A stretch of DNA of 64,000 nt. It comes from Histomonas meleagridis 2922-C6/04-290x (lineage: Eukaryota; Protista; Parabasalia). Position 1 is the first letter of the stretch. Every line of letters starts with the position of its first letter. Positions 41,800 through 52,500 of the stretch are shown piece by piece. The stretch spans positions 96,520-160,519 of the forward strand of contig JAANOX010000104.1 in the NCBI GenBank assembly GCA_020184695.1, in the 5' to 3' direction. Made by a program: the position numbers and the translations under genes. A model generated the notes under the pieces. The model worked only from the letters and a program-made list of their open reading frames with translations, had not been told where the DNA came from and made no database searches.

Positions 41800-43260
41800 T
41801 ATAATAAATTAAATCAACTCCTGAAAATTTACCATCACGTATAAATCAAACAATTCGAGAGTACCTCCTAAAGCTGGGAAGCAAGAGCTTTTCTCCAATA
41901 TTTGTAAATTTATTCCCGAATCTATTAATACATCCTTTGTTTGAGTTTTTGCTAGGACTAAGATTTTTGAAACTTTCTTCAAGAGGCTTGAAGCAGCCTT
42001 CCTTTGATATATTGGGAAGCAAATATGTCAAAACAAACAAACAAGAATAAGATTTTCATCTGAATTAAGTGATCGCAAGAACGTCCTTCCCCTCTGTTGT
42101 TTAATGATTCACCTAATCCAACCATGAATTATCAAACTATTCAGCTGTGTAAATTCATCCTTTGTGATCGATATCGATTTCATTAAAGATTTACTTACAT
42201 TTTCAGATATAAATTTTTGTTATTTATAAAAGCAAGAAATTTTGCTATAGTACCATTTTCAACATTTCACTTTCTACAAGAAACAATATTTTAAAACAAT
42301 TGTATGCGTATTGCTTTAACAATAAATATTTCACATATTTCATTATTTGCTATACAAATTTTTTTCTTTTCTTTCATCAAATGTTAATTGATTATTGATA
42401 TAAGAACTTACATTTTCTATATTTATCCCTCCAATAATTCTAACATCTTAAATTGTTCTAGTTCAGACAAGTTAGCTGACTTTGCAAAAATAAATTGTAA
42501 CAACATTAGCCTGTAACATTGAAATTATTGCTTGCTTAAACCAAGATGTTTTTGTTTCACACACTGCATTCAATCCTTCTAAGTCTACGATAGCAAAATG
42601 TGTACATACTTCAGAAGAACCCGATTAGAAGAATTAATACGAGACCTTGTAATTCTAGTCAAACAAATTTTTCAATTAGATTGCATCCACATTGTAAATG
42701 GATGGTTTCTTATGTCATCTGTTTGATTTTGTGCATGGAAATATTGCACTATATCAGCTACAACAAATAGACGTTCTACATCACATATTACACCCTGAGG
42801 AGCAAGTAAATTGTTATTTATCATATGTTTCAAGATATTATTGATCATACCATATTCATTTTTGATCAAAGTCTAGATATTTTCTTTTGTAACACCAGGT
42901 CAAAGTATTTTTAAAACAGAATATATTTCATAGTAAATTTTTTTTTTGATTCTTTGAATTGATAATATGCGTTTAGGGGATAAGAACTGATCTCTGAAAT
43001 CTTGTTGTATTTTCCATTTTTTACAGTACTTGTGAAACATTATGATTTCCTCTAGACATCATGAAATTGATTATAAAGACCAAATAAAGGCAAATTTATA
43101 ATATCCTAAATTGTGAACCCAGATTCATTCACACAGCATTTTACATTAATTTCTTGAAGGAAAATATCACATAAAGTATCTTCATTTGTAAGGTAAAAAA
43201 TACCTTCAAATTGATATTTATTTTAACATTTTAATATTACAATATTATGGTTAATTGATA
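41800..43260 (-). pseudogene. Degenerate helical-repeat-like gene remnant with multiple stops and frameshifts
   Basis: Coding-like fragments (FYLTNEDTLCDIFLQEINV, HFAIVDLEGLNAVCETKTSWFKQAIISMLQANVV, SANLSELEQFKMLELL) broken by TAG/TAA and frame changes. Confidence 0.45.
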
Positions 43261-43355
43261 GGCTTTCATACAAGAAAATTTATGATTTTTTTAATTTTCA
43301 TTATTAATTTTTAAACAAAATTTCTAAATAAATCACTTGAAAAAATTACTTTTGA

Positions 43356-46300
43356 CTAATTGTTTATTTGTTTTCCTTGATCAAGAACTCTTACTTCTGA
43401 TTCAGGAATTCCTTGGACTTGAGCAATTTTAGCAACCAACTGTGCGTTTGACATTCCCGGCTCAAGTTCCACGTCAATAATTCTTCCAGTTGTAGTTTTA
43501 ACCTGAATGACTTTTCCTCTTGTTTGTTGCTGGTTATCACTACTGAATAAAGTTGAAGAAATTTGAGTAAATATTTCGAGTACGGAATCATCAGAAGACT
43601 CAGAGAGACATTTCTTCACTTCGTTTGTTACCATTTGTTTCACTTCGTTTCTTGCTTTCTTCCATTTAGATATACTATAAAGATGTTCTATTGTAAAGTT
43701 CGACTTCAATGAATTATAAATTTCACTACCAAATTCGACTTTAGTTTCATTTCCTAACAACACTAAGAAATGTTTTAATGCTTCTGACTTATTATTTAAC
43801 GCTATAGCGAAATTCATAAAATGTTCATTACCTATAACATTGATTGTATTTCTAAAGTAAATAAAATTATCAGTTAGCACAAGTAATGGTTGAATTGTTT
43901 CATTAATCTTCTTACATATTGAAGAAAGTCTTTGTAAGTCATTTGATTTGTTTTCTTTAAATTTAATTAAAACTTCTTCATTTAATGTATTACCAATTAT
44001 TTTATATGGTTTTGTTGAACGACGACTCCATTCTAATGATACATTAGTAATTGGATTATTATTACCAAGAATTGTCACTAATTGTTCTTTAGCAATTGCA
44101 TTAAATTCATTTTGAAGAGATTTAAATGAAGAAACAAATGAATCAATCAAAGATGAATTATCTGAACTTGCACATAATGTAACACAAAACTTAAACAGTT
44201 GTTCACTAAGTTCAAGTAATGAATTGCCATTTAATTTGTTAATTATGAATGGAATAATTGTTTCTTGAAGTGTTGAAGCTTCGATATTAATTGATGGTAA
44301 TATTTCGATTGCATATTCCACCATGAAACTATCGCTTGAATTTAATGCTTGACAAATGAATTTAGTGATGAAATATTCATATAATGATTTCCATTCATTT
44401 GATCCGTTTTTAATATTAGAAAATCCTTCAATATTAATATCAACTTTTATATCTGATATAATTTGATTCATTCCGATTGCTCTACGTGCGATTTGTCTAT
44501 TTATTAATATTCCTGAAATTACAGTTAACTCATTTGGATGTTTAGAGTAACAAATCTCTAATGCATTGCATAATTGTTTTGATGATTTTGTTGGTGTTGA
44601 ACCAATGTTATATAAATTAATATAATATTGTGAAACTGATGAGAAAATTGATTGAGAAACTATTAAAGAATTTGAATTTGTTGCTGCAAATGTAATGAAA
44701 TCAATACAATATTGTGGGGCTTCAACTAATCCAATGATATTATTATCAAGACATAATTTAACTAATGAAGATAAACCATTTTCATTGATTTTACAATTTG
44801 ACGATTCGGCAATATTAAGTAAATTCTTCATAAACAAAATTCTGTCTTTAACAGAATATATAACTTGTGGAACAATATTTTGTATTAAATTAGAGAAAAG
44901 TGGACTTGATAATATTTTTGTTATTAACTCAACGTCATTATTAAGTAATGCTCTTCGAATGAAAATATCAAATGTAGAAGCAGAAAAATGAATATCATAT
45001 TCTGTTAGCGGACAAAGTAATGAAAATTGTTCAGAAATCTTTGGCCAAATAGAATTACGACGTTTATGACATAATTCTTGGAAAATTTTGGTTGATTTAG
45101 TATAAATTGATTGACGTGACTTTGTTTGCGAAACAAATGTTTCAAATAATTTAATAAGGAATTCATCACTTAAAACAGGTGTTATTAATGTAACAAAGTT
45201 GGTCAAATTTTCATTTATAAATATTTGATCAGTTGGAATTGATTCTAATGCTTTAGCAACCTTAAGATATGGTTTATATATTAATTGTTCATTTTGAGGT
45301 TTTAGTATAGTTTCAATATATTTTGGTTTTGGTATTTTTTGTGGTTTTATTAATTCATTTTCTGAATGGAAATCACGTAAATTATTTTCCGCATTATGTA
45401 AATCGAAAGTTTTTTGGTTTTTATTTTGAATTAATTTTGCTTCAGTTTCTATTTCATCCCGAAGAAGTTTTCTTGATTTATCTCTAAATTCAAATGCAAT
45501 TGGCGTATTTATATTTAATTTGAATGTAATTAATGGTGGATTAAATAAAATAGTTGAATTATTTCCATGATAAAAATCATATAATTGAAGAGTTTTAATT
45601 AATTCAAATAAATTTGATGATGAAAATAATTTGTAATCATTTGAAATTGATTTAAAGAATTCATAATTTGTTTTAGTAAGTTCAATTTTAGGATTCAAAC
45701 TTATTTCTTCAATTTTTACATCTAAATCATCAAATGTTGGTTGTCTTAATTCAATATTAATAACATATGTTAATGATGCCTTTAAAAATGTTTGAAATTG
45801 TATCAAAAAAGCAATTGATGGCTTCTCAGAATTTACTGGTTTTTGTACTGTTTGAATTTCTTTGTAAAAGAATTCTAAACATTTTACATATGATAAACCA
45901 CCAATTTTAACTTGGGGCATTCTCATTATTTCTTCAAAATTTAATAATATTTTTGGATCTATAACTTCTATTTGTTGGTATTGAGAAGTTTCACCAATTT
46001 TAATATGTGAAACTTTTGTTTTTGATAATGCATCAACTAAATTTTTAACATATGATTTGTAATCAGTTCTATTAAGAGGATAAACTCTACCAAATAATGA
46101 AGGAACATTCTTTTGAATTCCTGTAATTGTTGCGATTGATTGTGCATAAGGTAAAACTATTTCCAAAACATATGATGCTGTTTCATCTAAATGTGGTAAA
46201 TCTTCACAATAACTTGTGTATAATAAAGAAAGAATTACTTTATGTATTGGTACAAATTTCATTTTTTGAAGAATTTTGTTATATAATAAAGTTGCATATT

Positions 46301-48101
46301 CTTTAGAACCACAAACAAGTGAACCAACTTCCATCGATATTGGAGTACATACAACTTCAGAGAGTAATGTCATTTGGAATGATTCATTTTCAGAATGATA
46401 AACTTTTAACAAAAGTTCACACATTCGAATATGTGAATCAATTGCTTTTTTCATATATTCTTTATCATTTAAAAATAGGGAATCAATTAATAATTCCATT
46501 GTATTTCTTAATAAAAATTCATATCCATCATCAAGTAAACTTGTTTTAGATTCCCAAAATTTACATGTTAATATTTTATATTCAGATAAATGCATTTTTT
46601 CTCCTTCAGAATTAGTAACAAAACAATGTTCATCAACTGTTACATCATTATCTTTTATAATTAATTGCGTTTTCCTTGGTGATGAAAGTTGAAGAATAGG
46701 TGCGGATAATGCTGTAACGCCTGCAACTTTAACCCAATCAGCAAAATCGTCACTTAATGGATCTCTAACTGATGCAGCAATTAATTTATCCCTTAAATCT
46801 TGATCAATGAAACTTAAAACACTTCGATAACCATCACGTGTTCCTTCAAATGCTGGTAAAGAACTTACTGGAAAAGTTCGATATGTTGCCCATAAATTTG
46901 AGATTAAACGAAGAAGAAGATCAGTGTATTTACGTACATCTACTTGAACAATACTTTCACGTGCATTGAAAACAGCATTAATTGTATTAGTTATAATTGA
47001 AATTGCTTCATCAAATGAAAGTAATGAAAATGCTTGATTTGTTTTAAATGTACCAATAACTTTTTGGAATAAAGTTGCTTGTTCTAAATCAATGAAATAA
47101 TGTATTACGTTTTCATTTAATTTCTTAAGTAAATATGGCCAAAACGGTTCATAACGACCTCCAAGTTGACGCATTTTATGGACTTCAAATGCTAAATTAT
47201 TATCAGTCATCATTTGGATGGAAAGATCCTTTAGTGCATGTTGTTTAGAATCGCCATTTAGTTCAAGTTCACATGCAGGTAAGAAATAAAAATTAACTAA
47301 TTCTTCTTTTTTTAGGTATTGATTTAATGTATAAAAAACGCCTTTTGGATTTGAAGTAATTATTGATAAAACATTATCAGGATGTTGTTCATGAAATGGT
47401 ACTTTAATTAGCATTTGGCGAATTCCATTGATTTTCTTTTGGCTTAAGTCTTTAATAATGTTTAACTTAGTTGGATGAGAATCTCTTTTCAAACTTTTTT
47501 CAAGAACTGATAACAAAACAGGCAAAACATCATCACGTTTTTTGAAAGCAGAAAAAGGAAATGAATTAATATCATATTCAGTTGCAAATGGTGGAATTTT
47601 AGCAACTGGAAGTTTCACAGTTGTTTTGTCGAAATCAAGTAATGATTCAAATATTGGTTCTAAAACAGAAACAGGCAACAATGGAACAACATTTGAAAAT
47701 TGACTTAAAACCCAAGAATGTTGTTGAACATTATTGAAACATTCATAAATTGAAGAAATTTCTTCCTCTGATGGATGCTTTCTAAGTTTTACTAATATAT
47801 CTGATTGTATTTGGGTTATGTCAAGAACAGTAATTAATACAGATTTTGGCATTTTTGATAATTGTTTGTATGTAAAAGAGAATGATTCACTAGGAATAGA
47901 ATTATTTAATTCCAAAATAGTTTGAAGCAGTTCTTCCCATTTTTCAGATTCGACTAGAAAATCAACCAAATGATGGCGTTGAGTAATTAGCTGAGATATT
48001 TTTTGAGAAGTTTGTGATTGTGTCGATCCGTTGTTTTGATAATTTTTCGTTTCTTCTTCATCGCTGACAATATAAAAATCACGTCGGGATGCAGATTCCA
48101 T
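43356..48101 (-). CDS. Large helical-solenoid protein with C-terminal ubiquitin-like segment
   Basis: 1581-aa ORF ending KVIQVKTTTGRIIDVELEPGMSNAQLVAKIAQVQGIPESEVRVLDQGKQINN, similar to ubiquitin residues ~1-50. Confidence 0.8.
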   Translation of the reverse strand: MESASRRDFYIVSDEEETKNYQNNGSTQSQTSQKISQLITQRHHLVDFLVESEKWEELLQTILELNNSIPSESFSFTYKQLSKMPKSVLITVLDITQIQSDILVKLRKHPSEEEISSIYECFNNVQQHSWVLSQFSNVVPLLPVSVLEPIFESLLDFDKTTVKLPVAKIPPFATEYDINSFPFSAFKKRDDVLPVLLSVLEKSLKRDSHPTKLNIIKDLSQKKINGIRQMLIKVPFHEQHPDNVLSIITSNPKGVFYTLNQYLKKEELVNFYFLPACELELNGDSKQHALKDLSIQMMTDNNLAFEVHKMRQLGGRYEPFWPYLLKKLNENVIHYFIDLEQATLFQKVIGTFKTNQAFSLLSFDEAISIITNTINAVFNARESIVQVDVRKYTDLLLRLISNLWATYRTFPVSSLPAFEGTRDGYRSVLSFIDQDLRDKLIAASVRDPLSDDFADWVKVAGVTALSAPILQLSSPRKTQLIIKDNDVTVDEHCFVTNSEGEKMHLSEYKILTCKFWESKTSLLDDGYEFLLRNTMELLIDSLFLNDKEYMKKAIDSHIRMCELLLKVYHSENESFQMTLLSEVVCTPISMEVGSLVCGSKEYATLLYNKILQKMKFVPIHKVILSLLYTSYCEDLPHLDETASYVLEIVLPYAQSIATITGIQKNVPSLFGRVYPLNRTDYKSYVKNLVDALSKTKVSHIKIGETSQYQQIEVIDPKILLNFEEIMRMPQVKIGGLSYVKCLEFFYKEIQTVQKPVNSEKPSIAFLIQFQTFLKASLTYVINIELRQPTFDDLDVKIEEISLNPKIELTKTNYEFFKSISNDYKLFSSSNLFELIKTLQLYDFYHGNNSTILFNPPLITFKLNINTPIAFEFRDKSRKLLRDEIETEAKLIQNKNQKTFDLHNAENNLRDFHSENELIKPQKIPKPKYIETILKPQNEQLIYKPYLKVAKALESIPTDQIFINENLTNFVTLITPVLSDEFLIKLFETFVSQTKSRQSIYTKSTKIFQELCHKRRNSIWPKISEQFSLLCPLTEYDIHFSASTFDIFIRRALLNNDVELITKILSSPLFSNLIQNIVPQVIYSVKDRILFMKNLLNIAESSNCKINENGLSSLVKLCLDNNIIGLVEAPQYCIDFITFAATNSNSLIVSQSIFSSVSQYYINLYNIGSTPTKSSKQLCNALEICYSKHPNELTVISGILINRQIARRAIGMNQIISDIKVDINIEGFSNIKNGSNEWKSLYEYFITKFICQALNSSDSFMVEYAIEILPSINIEASTLQETIIPFIINKLNGNSLLELSEQLFKFCVTLCASSDNSSLIDSFVSSFKSLQNEFNAIAKEQLVTILGNNNPITNVSLEWSRRSTKPYKIIGNTLNEEVLIKFKENKSNDLQRLSSICKKINETIQPLLVLTDNFIYFRNTINVIGNEHFMNFAIALNNKSEALKHFLVLLGNETKVEFGSEIYNSLKSNFTIEHLYSISKWKKARNEVKQMVTNEVKKCLSESSDDSVLEIFTQISSTLFSSDNQQQTRGKVIQVKTTTGRIIDVELEPGMSNAQLVAKIAQVQGIPESEVRVLDQGKQINN

Positions 48102-48169
48102 TGATTCCTTTTAAATTACAAGTTTTGACAATATCTGGTTTGAAATGTTTTCTATCGTTTCGAATTCAA

Positions 48170-49480
48170 TTTTTTAGTCAAGCGAGGGTTAGACCATTTA
48201 GAAATTCAATTTATTGTTTTCGTGGAACGCCTCAGTAAGATTACCAATAAGTTGAATGGAAATCTCTTGAGATAAAGCATCTTCATTCAAATGAAATGAT
48301 AACGCAAACTATTCAAAAAACATTTAATTTTTAGGAGAAAATGCATCTCCGAAATATTTAGATTCGCAGTGAATGATTAGCAATATTTATTAAAGTTTTT
48401 GGAAAAGCTTCATTTTGATTGCTGTAAGAAAAATAATAATTATTCTTGATAATATATACTTTTTTATTGATTAGATATGTTTAAATAGAAAAACAAAAAA
48501 AAATTACGAAATTGAATAAAATACTAATGATTATTTTCTGTGTGGCATTATAAATGTGTACGATATAAACAATCATAAAAATTCCATCATCATCATATTT
48601 AATGATGTTTATCATAAGTTTAATATGTAAATAAATATCTGTAATAATATCTCTAACAATAATTTAATAGGTATTGTGAGATATAGCCGGCCTAACGATT
48701 TATATTTTCATTCTTCTCTAGGGACTGCTTTCTATATATATTTTGGTATATTTTTATTATTTTTTATTGAGCGCCCCATAGTACATTCATTATTGATAAA
48801 TTTGGTTCAGCAACAACAATTTCTATTTTAATTTTTTCGAATTATTATTACAAGTATATTTATCTATTTCATAAGAACGTCCATAATAATGTTGATTATA
48901 TAATCACTTACAATGGCCTATGATTATTTGGTAATTATATTCGCGTGTAATAAAATAATTCTATCAAAATATCATATGCAAATCAAAAGAACTAGTATAT
49001 ATTTTATTTCTGATTCCCTTCTTCTTTAAAACATTATTTTTTATGATATATTGAATGCTATCTCAAAATAAGATTGTTATGTTTATTTACAACATGTGTG
49101 TTGTATTTCTCAATATAGAGTTATTGTATCAACGAGTTGCTTAGTAAACTTAATATTACCATTTTTATCATGACTTGCCTATAAAGATTTAGATGATTTT
49201 CATCAAAAAAAATATTTTCATGATGAATTGAAATCCATGTTTTTCATTAATAAATAAATAGGTATAATTATCTGCATATTCGAAATGTTTACATGTTTAT
49301 CTCATACATTTATGTTTTGTATATATATTTCGATATTATTATGATCATGTTGTCGGAATATAATGACATCATGAGTATTTTTCGATGTAGTTGACATTTT
49401 TTTCTAACTTATTTTCTATCTTCGCTATTAATCACAATTTCAATCGACATCGTTAGGACCGATGATTTTGATCCGAAAAA
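48170..49480 (-). pseudogene. Fragmented coding-like AT-rich segment (pseudogene or error-rich consensus)
   Basis: Short coding-like pieces (e.g. FHLNEDALSQEISIQLIGNLTEAFHENNKLNF) with no ORF of 60 aa or more across 1.3 kb. Confidence 0.35.
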
Positions 49481-49559
49481 GTATTCTGCCTATTATGATT
49501 TTGGAGATATTTCAATACTCGGGTCGACTCCCGCAGCCCTTTCTGATTCAGGTCCGGAA

Positions 49560-52500
49560 TCTTGACGATGTATCGTATTCACCAGGCTGCGTCGGTTTGC
49601 CAGCCCTGCCACGTACCGTCGCAATTGATGCCTGTGTGCCTGGGTGTCAGCCTGAGCATCACGCCTGGGTGCGCCGGATGCCACTGGCGCCACGAGGTTG
49701 CGCGGACGCCGCGCCACACTGAGTGCCGCCCGCCGCACGGTTTCGCGCCCGCCCACGTTACGCCGCCACGCACGCGCCCGCCACACGGTTACGCCGCGCC
49801 GCACCAGTTCCACGCCGCCGCACCTGGGTCTGCCTGCGCTGCCTGCCACGGTCTCCTCCTGCCTGGTTGCCGCCGCCCCGCCGCTTCGCCGCCGCGGTGC
49901 CGCCGCCACCGCCGCCTCCGCTGGTCGCCGCCCGCACGTTACGCCGCCCGCCGCAGTCTCGCCCGCCCACCACTGTGCTCCGCACTCCACGTTCATCCTG
50001 CGGTCGCCGCCACTCCCACGCGGGTTATACCGCCCACCGCGCCCTCCACCGCCGCCGGTGCGTCACCGCAGCGCCGCCGCATCACGCGCCGCGTCTCTGA
50101 CGATGCGGTCGCCGCCGCATCTCCACGCGCCGATCCAGCTCGCTGCGCGTCGCCGCGCGCGCAGCATCGCGCGATCACTGACGATCCGCGGTTGTGCCGC
50201 CATCTTACGCTGGATCCACTGATGATGCACAGCCATCGCTGCGTGCTCCGCATTTTATTGCTAGTATACTCCAGTATACTATGCACAATATCATACATGG
50301 TTATCTATGCTGTATAATAGTATACTGCCCATCCTCACCAGCCTCCACGATTCCACCACACGGTTCTCCTCCACCACTGGATCAACGTCCATCGCTGCCA
50401 CCAGCCCGCTCATCACGCCACCACGTGCCTCTTCACACTTGCCAGCGCCTATATATGATTATGCCTGCTGTTCGCCGCACCTGGTGCCTGGTCTCCGCCC
50501 TCCACCTGGTTGCTCCACCGCCTGCCGCCGCGCCTGCCACGCCCAGCGCCGCCCGCCACTGCGCCGCCAGCGCCTTCACAGCCTGCGCGTTGCCACTGCG
50601 CCCGCGCCATGCCCGCCGCCATGGCCCTGCCCAGCGCCGCCACCCGCGCCGCCGCTGCGCCCGCCGCGCGCCGCCCGCGGACGCCGCCACGCGGTTCCGC
50701 CGCACTGGGTGAGCGCCCACGCTTCGCCGCTTCAGCGCCGCCGCGCTCGCCGCACCACGGTGCCGCCGCACACCTGGTGACGCCGCGCAGTTCGCCGCCA
50801 CGCTGGGTCAGCGCCGCGCTTGCCGCCCGCGGTTCGCCGCCGCTGGGTGACGCCCGCACGCAGTCGCCGCCCGCACAGGTGTTCCGCCTGCCGCCACGCC
50901 CGCCGCCACGCGTTATCCGCCGCGCCAGCGCCGCCAACGCCTGCCCGCGCGCCGCCACACGGTTCCTGCGCACAGTCAACCTTCCACCAGCGCCGCCGCG
51001 TGCCCGCCAGCCTCGCCTTCCAGTACGCATGCCAGCGCCGCCTTCGCATGCCATGACAGCGCCGTCGCACCAGCCTGCATGCAGCCGCCTGCTTGCACTG
51101 CTGCCACGCACTGGGTCTCCTGCTGGTTTTCACTGCCACCTCGTGTCACGCACCCTAGTTTCCACCACTGCCTGGGTCTCACGCACCACTGGGTCCCGCC
51201 ACCCACGCACGCCATGGGTTCGCCGCACTGCACTGGGTGCCGCACGGTTGCCGCACACTGGGTGCACGCACACCTGGGCCTCCACCTGCACCTGGGTGCC
51301 GCACCCTGGGGTGCCACACCCGCCCACCGCCACACTGCGTCGCGCCCACCTGGGGTCACCACACACCTGGGTGCCACACTGGGTATACTCGCACCTGGGT
51401 GCCACCACGCCTGGAGTCTCTGCACTGGGTGCCAGCACACTGGTGCCACTGGGTGGCGCCCACACCTGGGTGCCACCTGCCTGGGTTACACCACCGCACT
51501 GGGTGCACGACACCTGGGTGCCTGCGACCTGAGTGCCACGCACCACCTGGGATTCGCCACCGCACACTGGGTTCGCCGCGCGCACTGCCAAGGTGCTCAC
51601 CTGCCCTGCGTTATACGCACTGGGTGCCGCGCACTGGGTTGCTCAACGCGCACTGTTCGCCACTGCACCCTGGTCGCCACGCACCCGCACCGACGCACTG
51701 GGTGCCGCGCGCACTGGTTCGCCACTGGGTTGCACCACTGAGTTGCCACGCCACCACTGGGTTATACGCATACACAGTTTCTGCCTGGGTTGCCGCACTG
51801 GCGCTCACGCGCGCCTGTCACTCACACACTGGGTGCCACGCTGGGTTGCCACACGCTCTGGTGCCAGGTCTCACACCTGCGATCTCACCTGCCTGGGCGC
51901 CACACACCTGGGTGCCACACACTGGGTGCCACACCACTGTGCTACTGACGCCCACCTGGTCCCACACACCTGCGGTGCCGCGCGCACCTGGGTTTGCCAC
52001 GCGCTGGGTCGCGCGCACTGGGCTCGACACGCTGCACTGGAGTGCGCCACTGCGCTGGGTTGCCGCACCTGGGTTGCCGCCGCACACGGCGCCACGCACT
52101 GGGTCTCACCTGCACTGGGTTGCCACGCACTGGGTGCCACACTGGCTCGCACACTGAGCCACTCTGCACCTGCGGCACCACCACACACACCAGATTCCAC
52201 CCACCACTGGGTGCCACTGCACTGGGTGCGCCACCTGGGCAGCACCTGGGTTGCCACTCTGCACTGGGTGCTCACCTGGGTTGCCACACACTGGGTCACC
52301 GCCACCTGGGCCTGCACCACCTGGGCCTGCACACTGGGTGCCACTGCACCCTGCGCCGCACCTGGGCCTGCAGCACCTGCGTGCCACCACTGAGTCTCTC
52401 CTGGCCCTGGGCGCCACACTGCCTGGACACTGCACCTGGGTCGCGCACTGGTTGCCACGCGCCCTGCGTTGCCCGCACGCGCTGGCTACCGCCACTGGGT

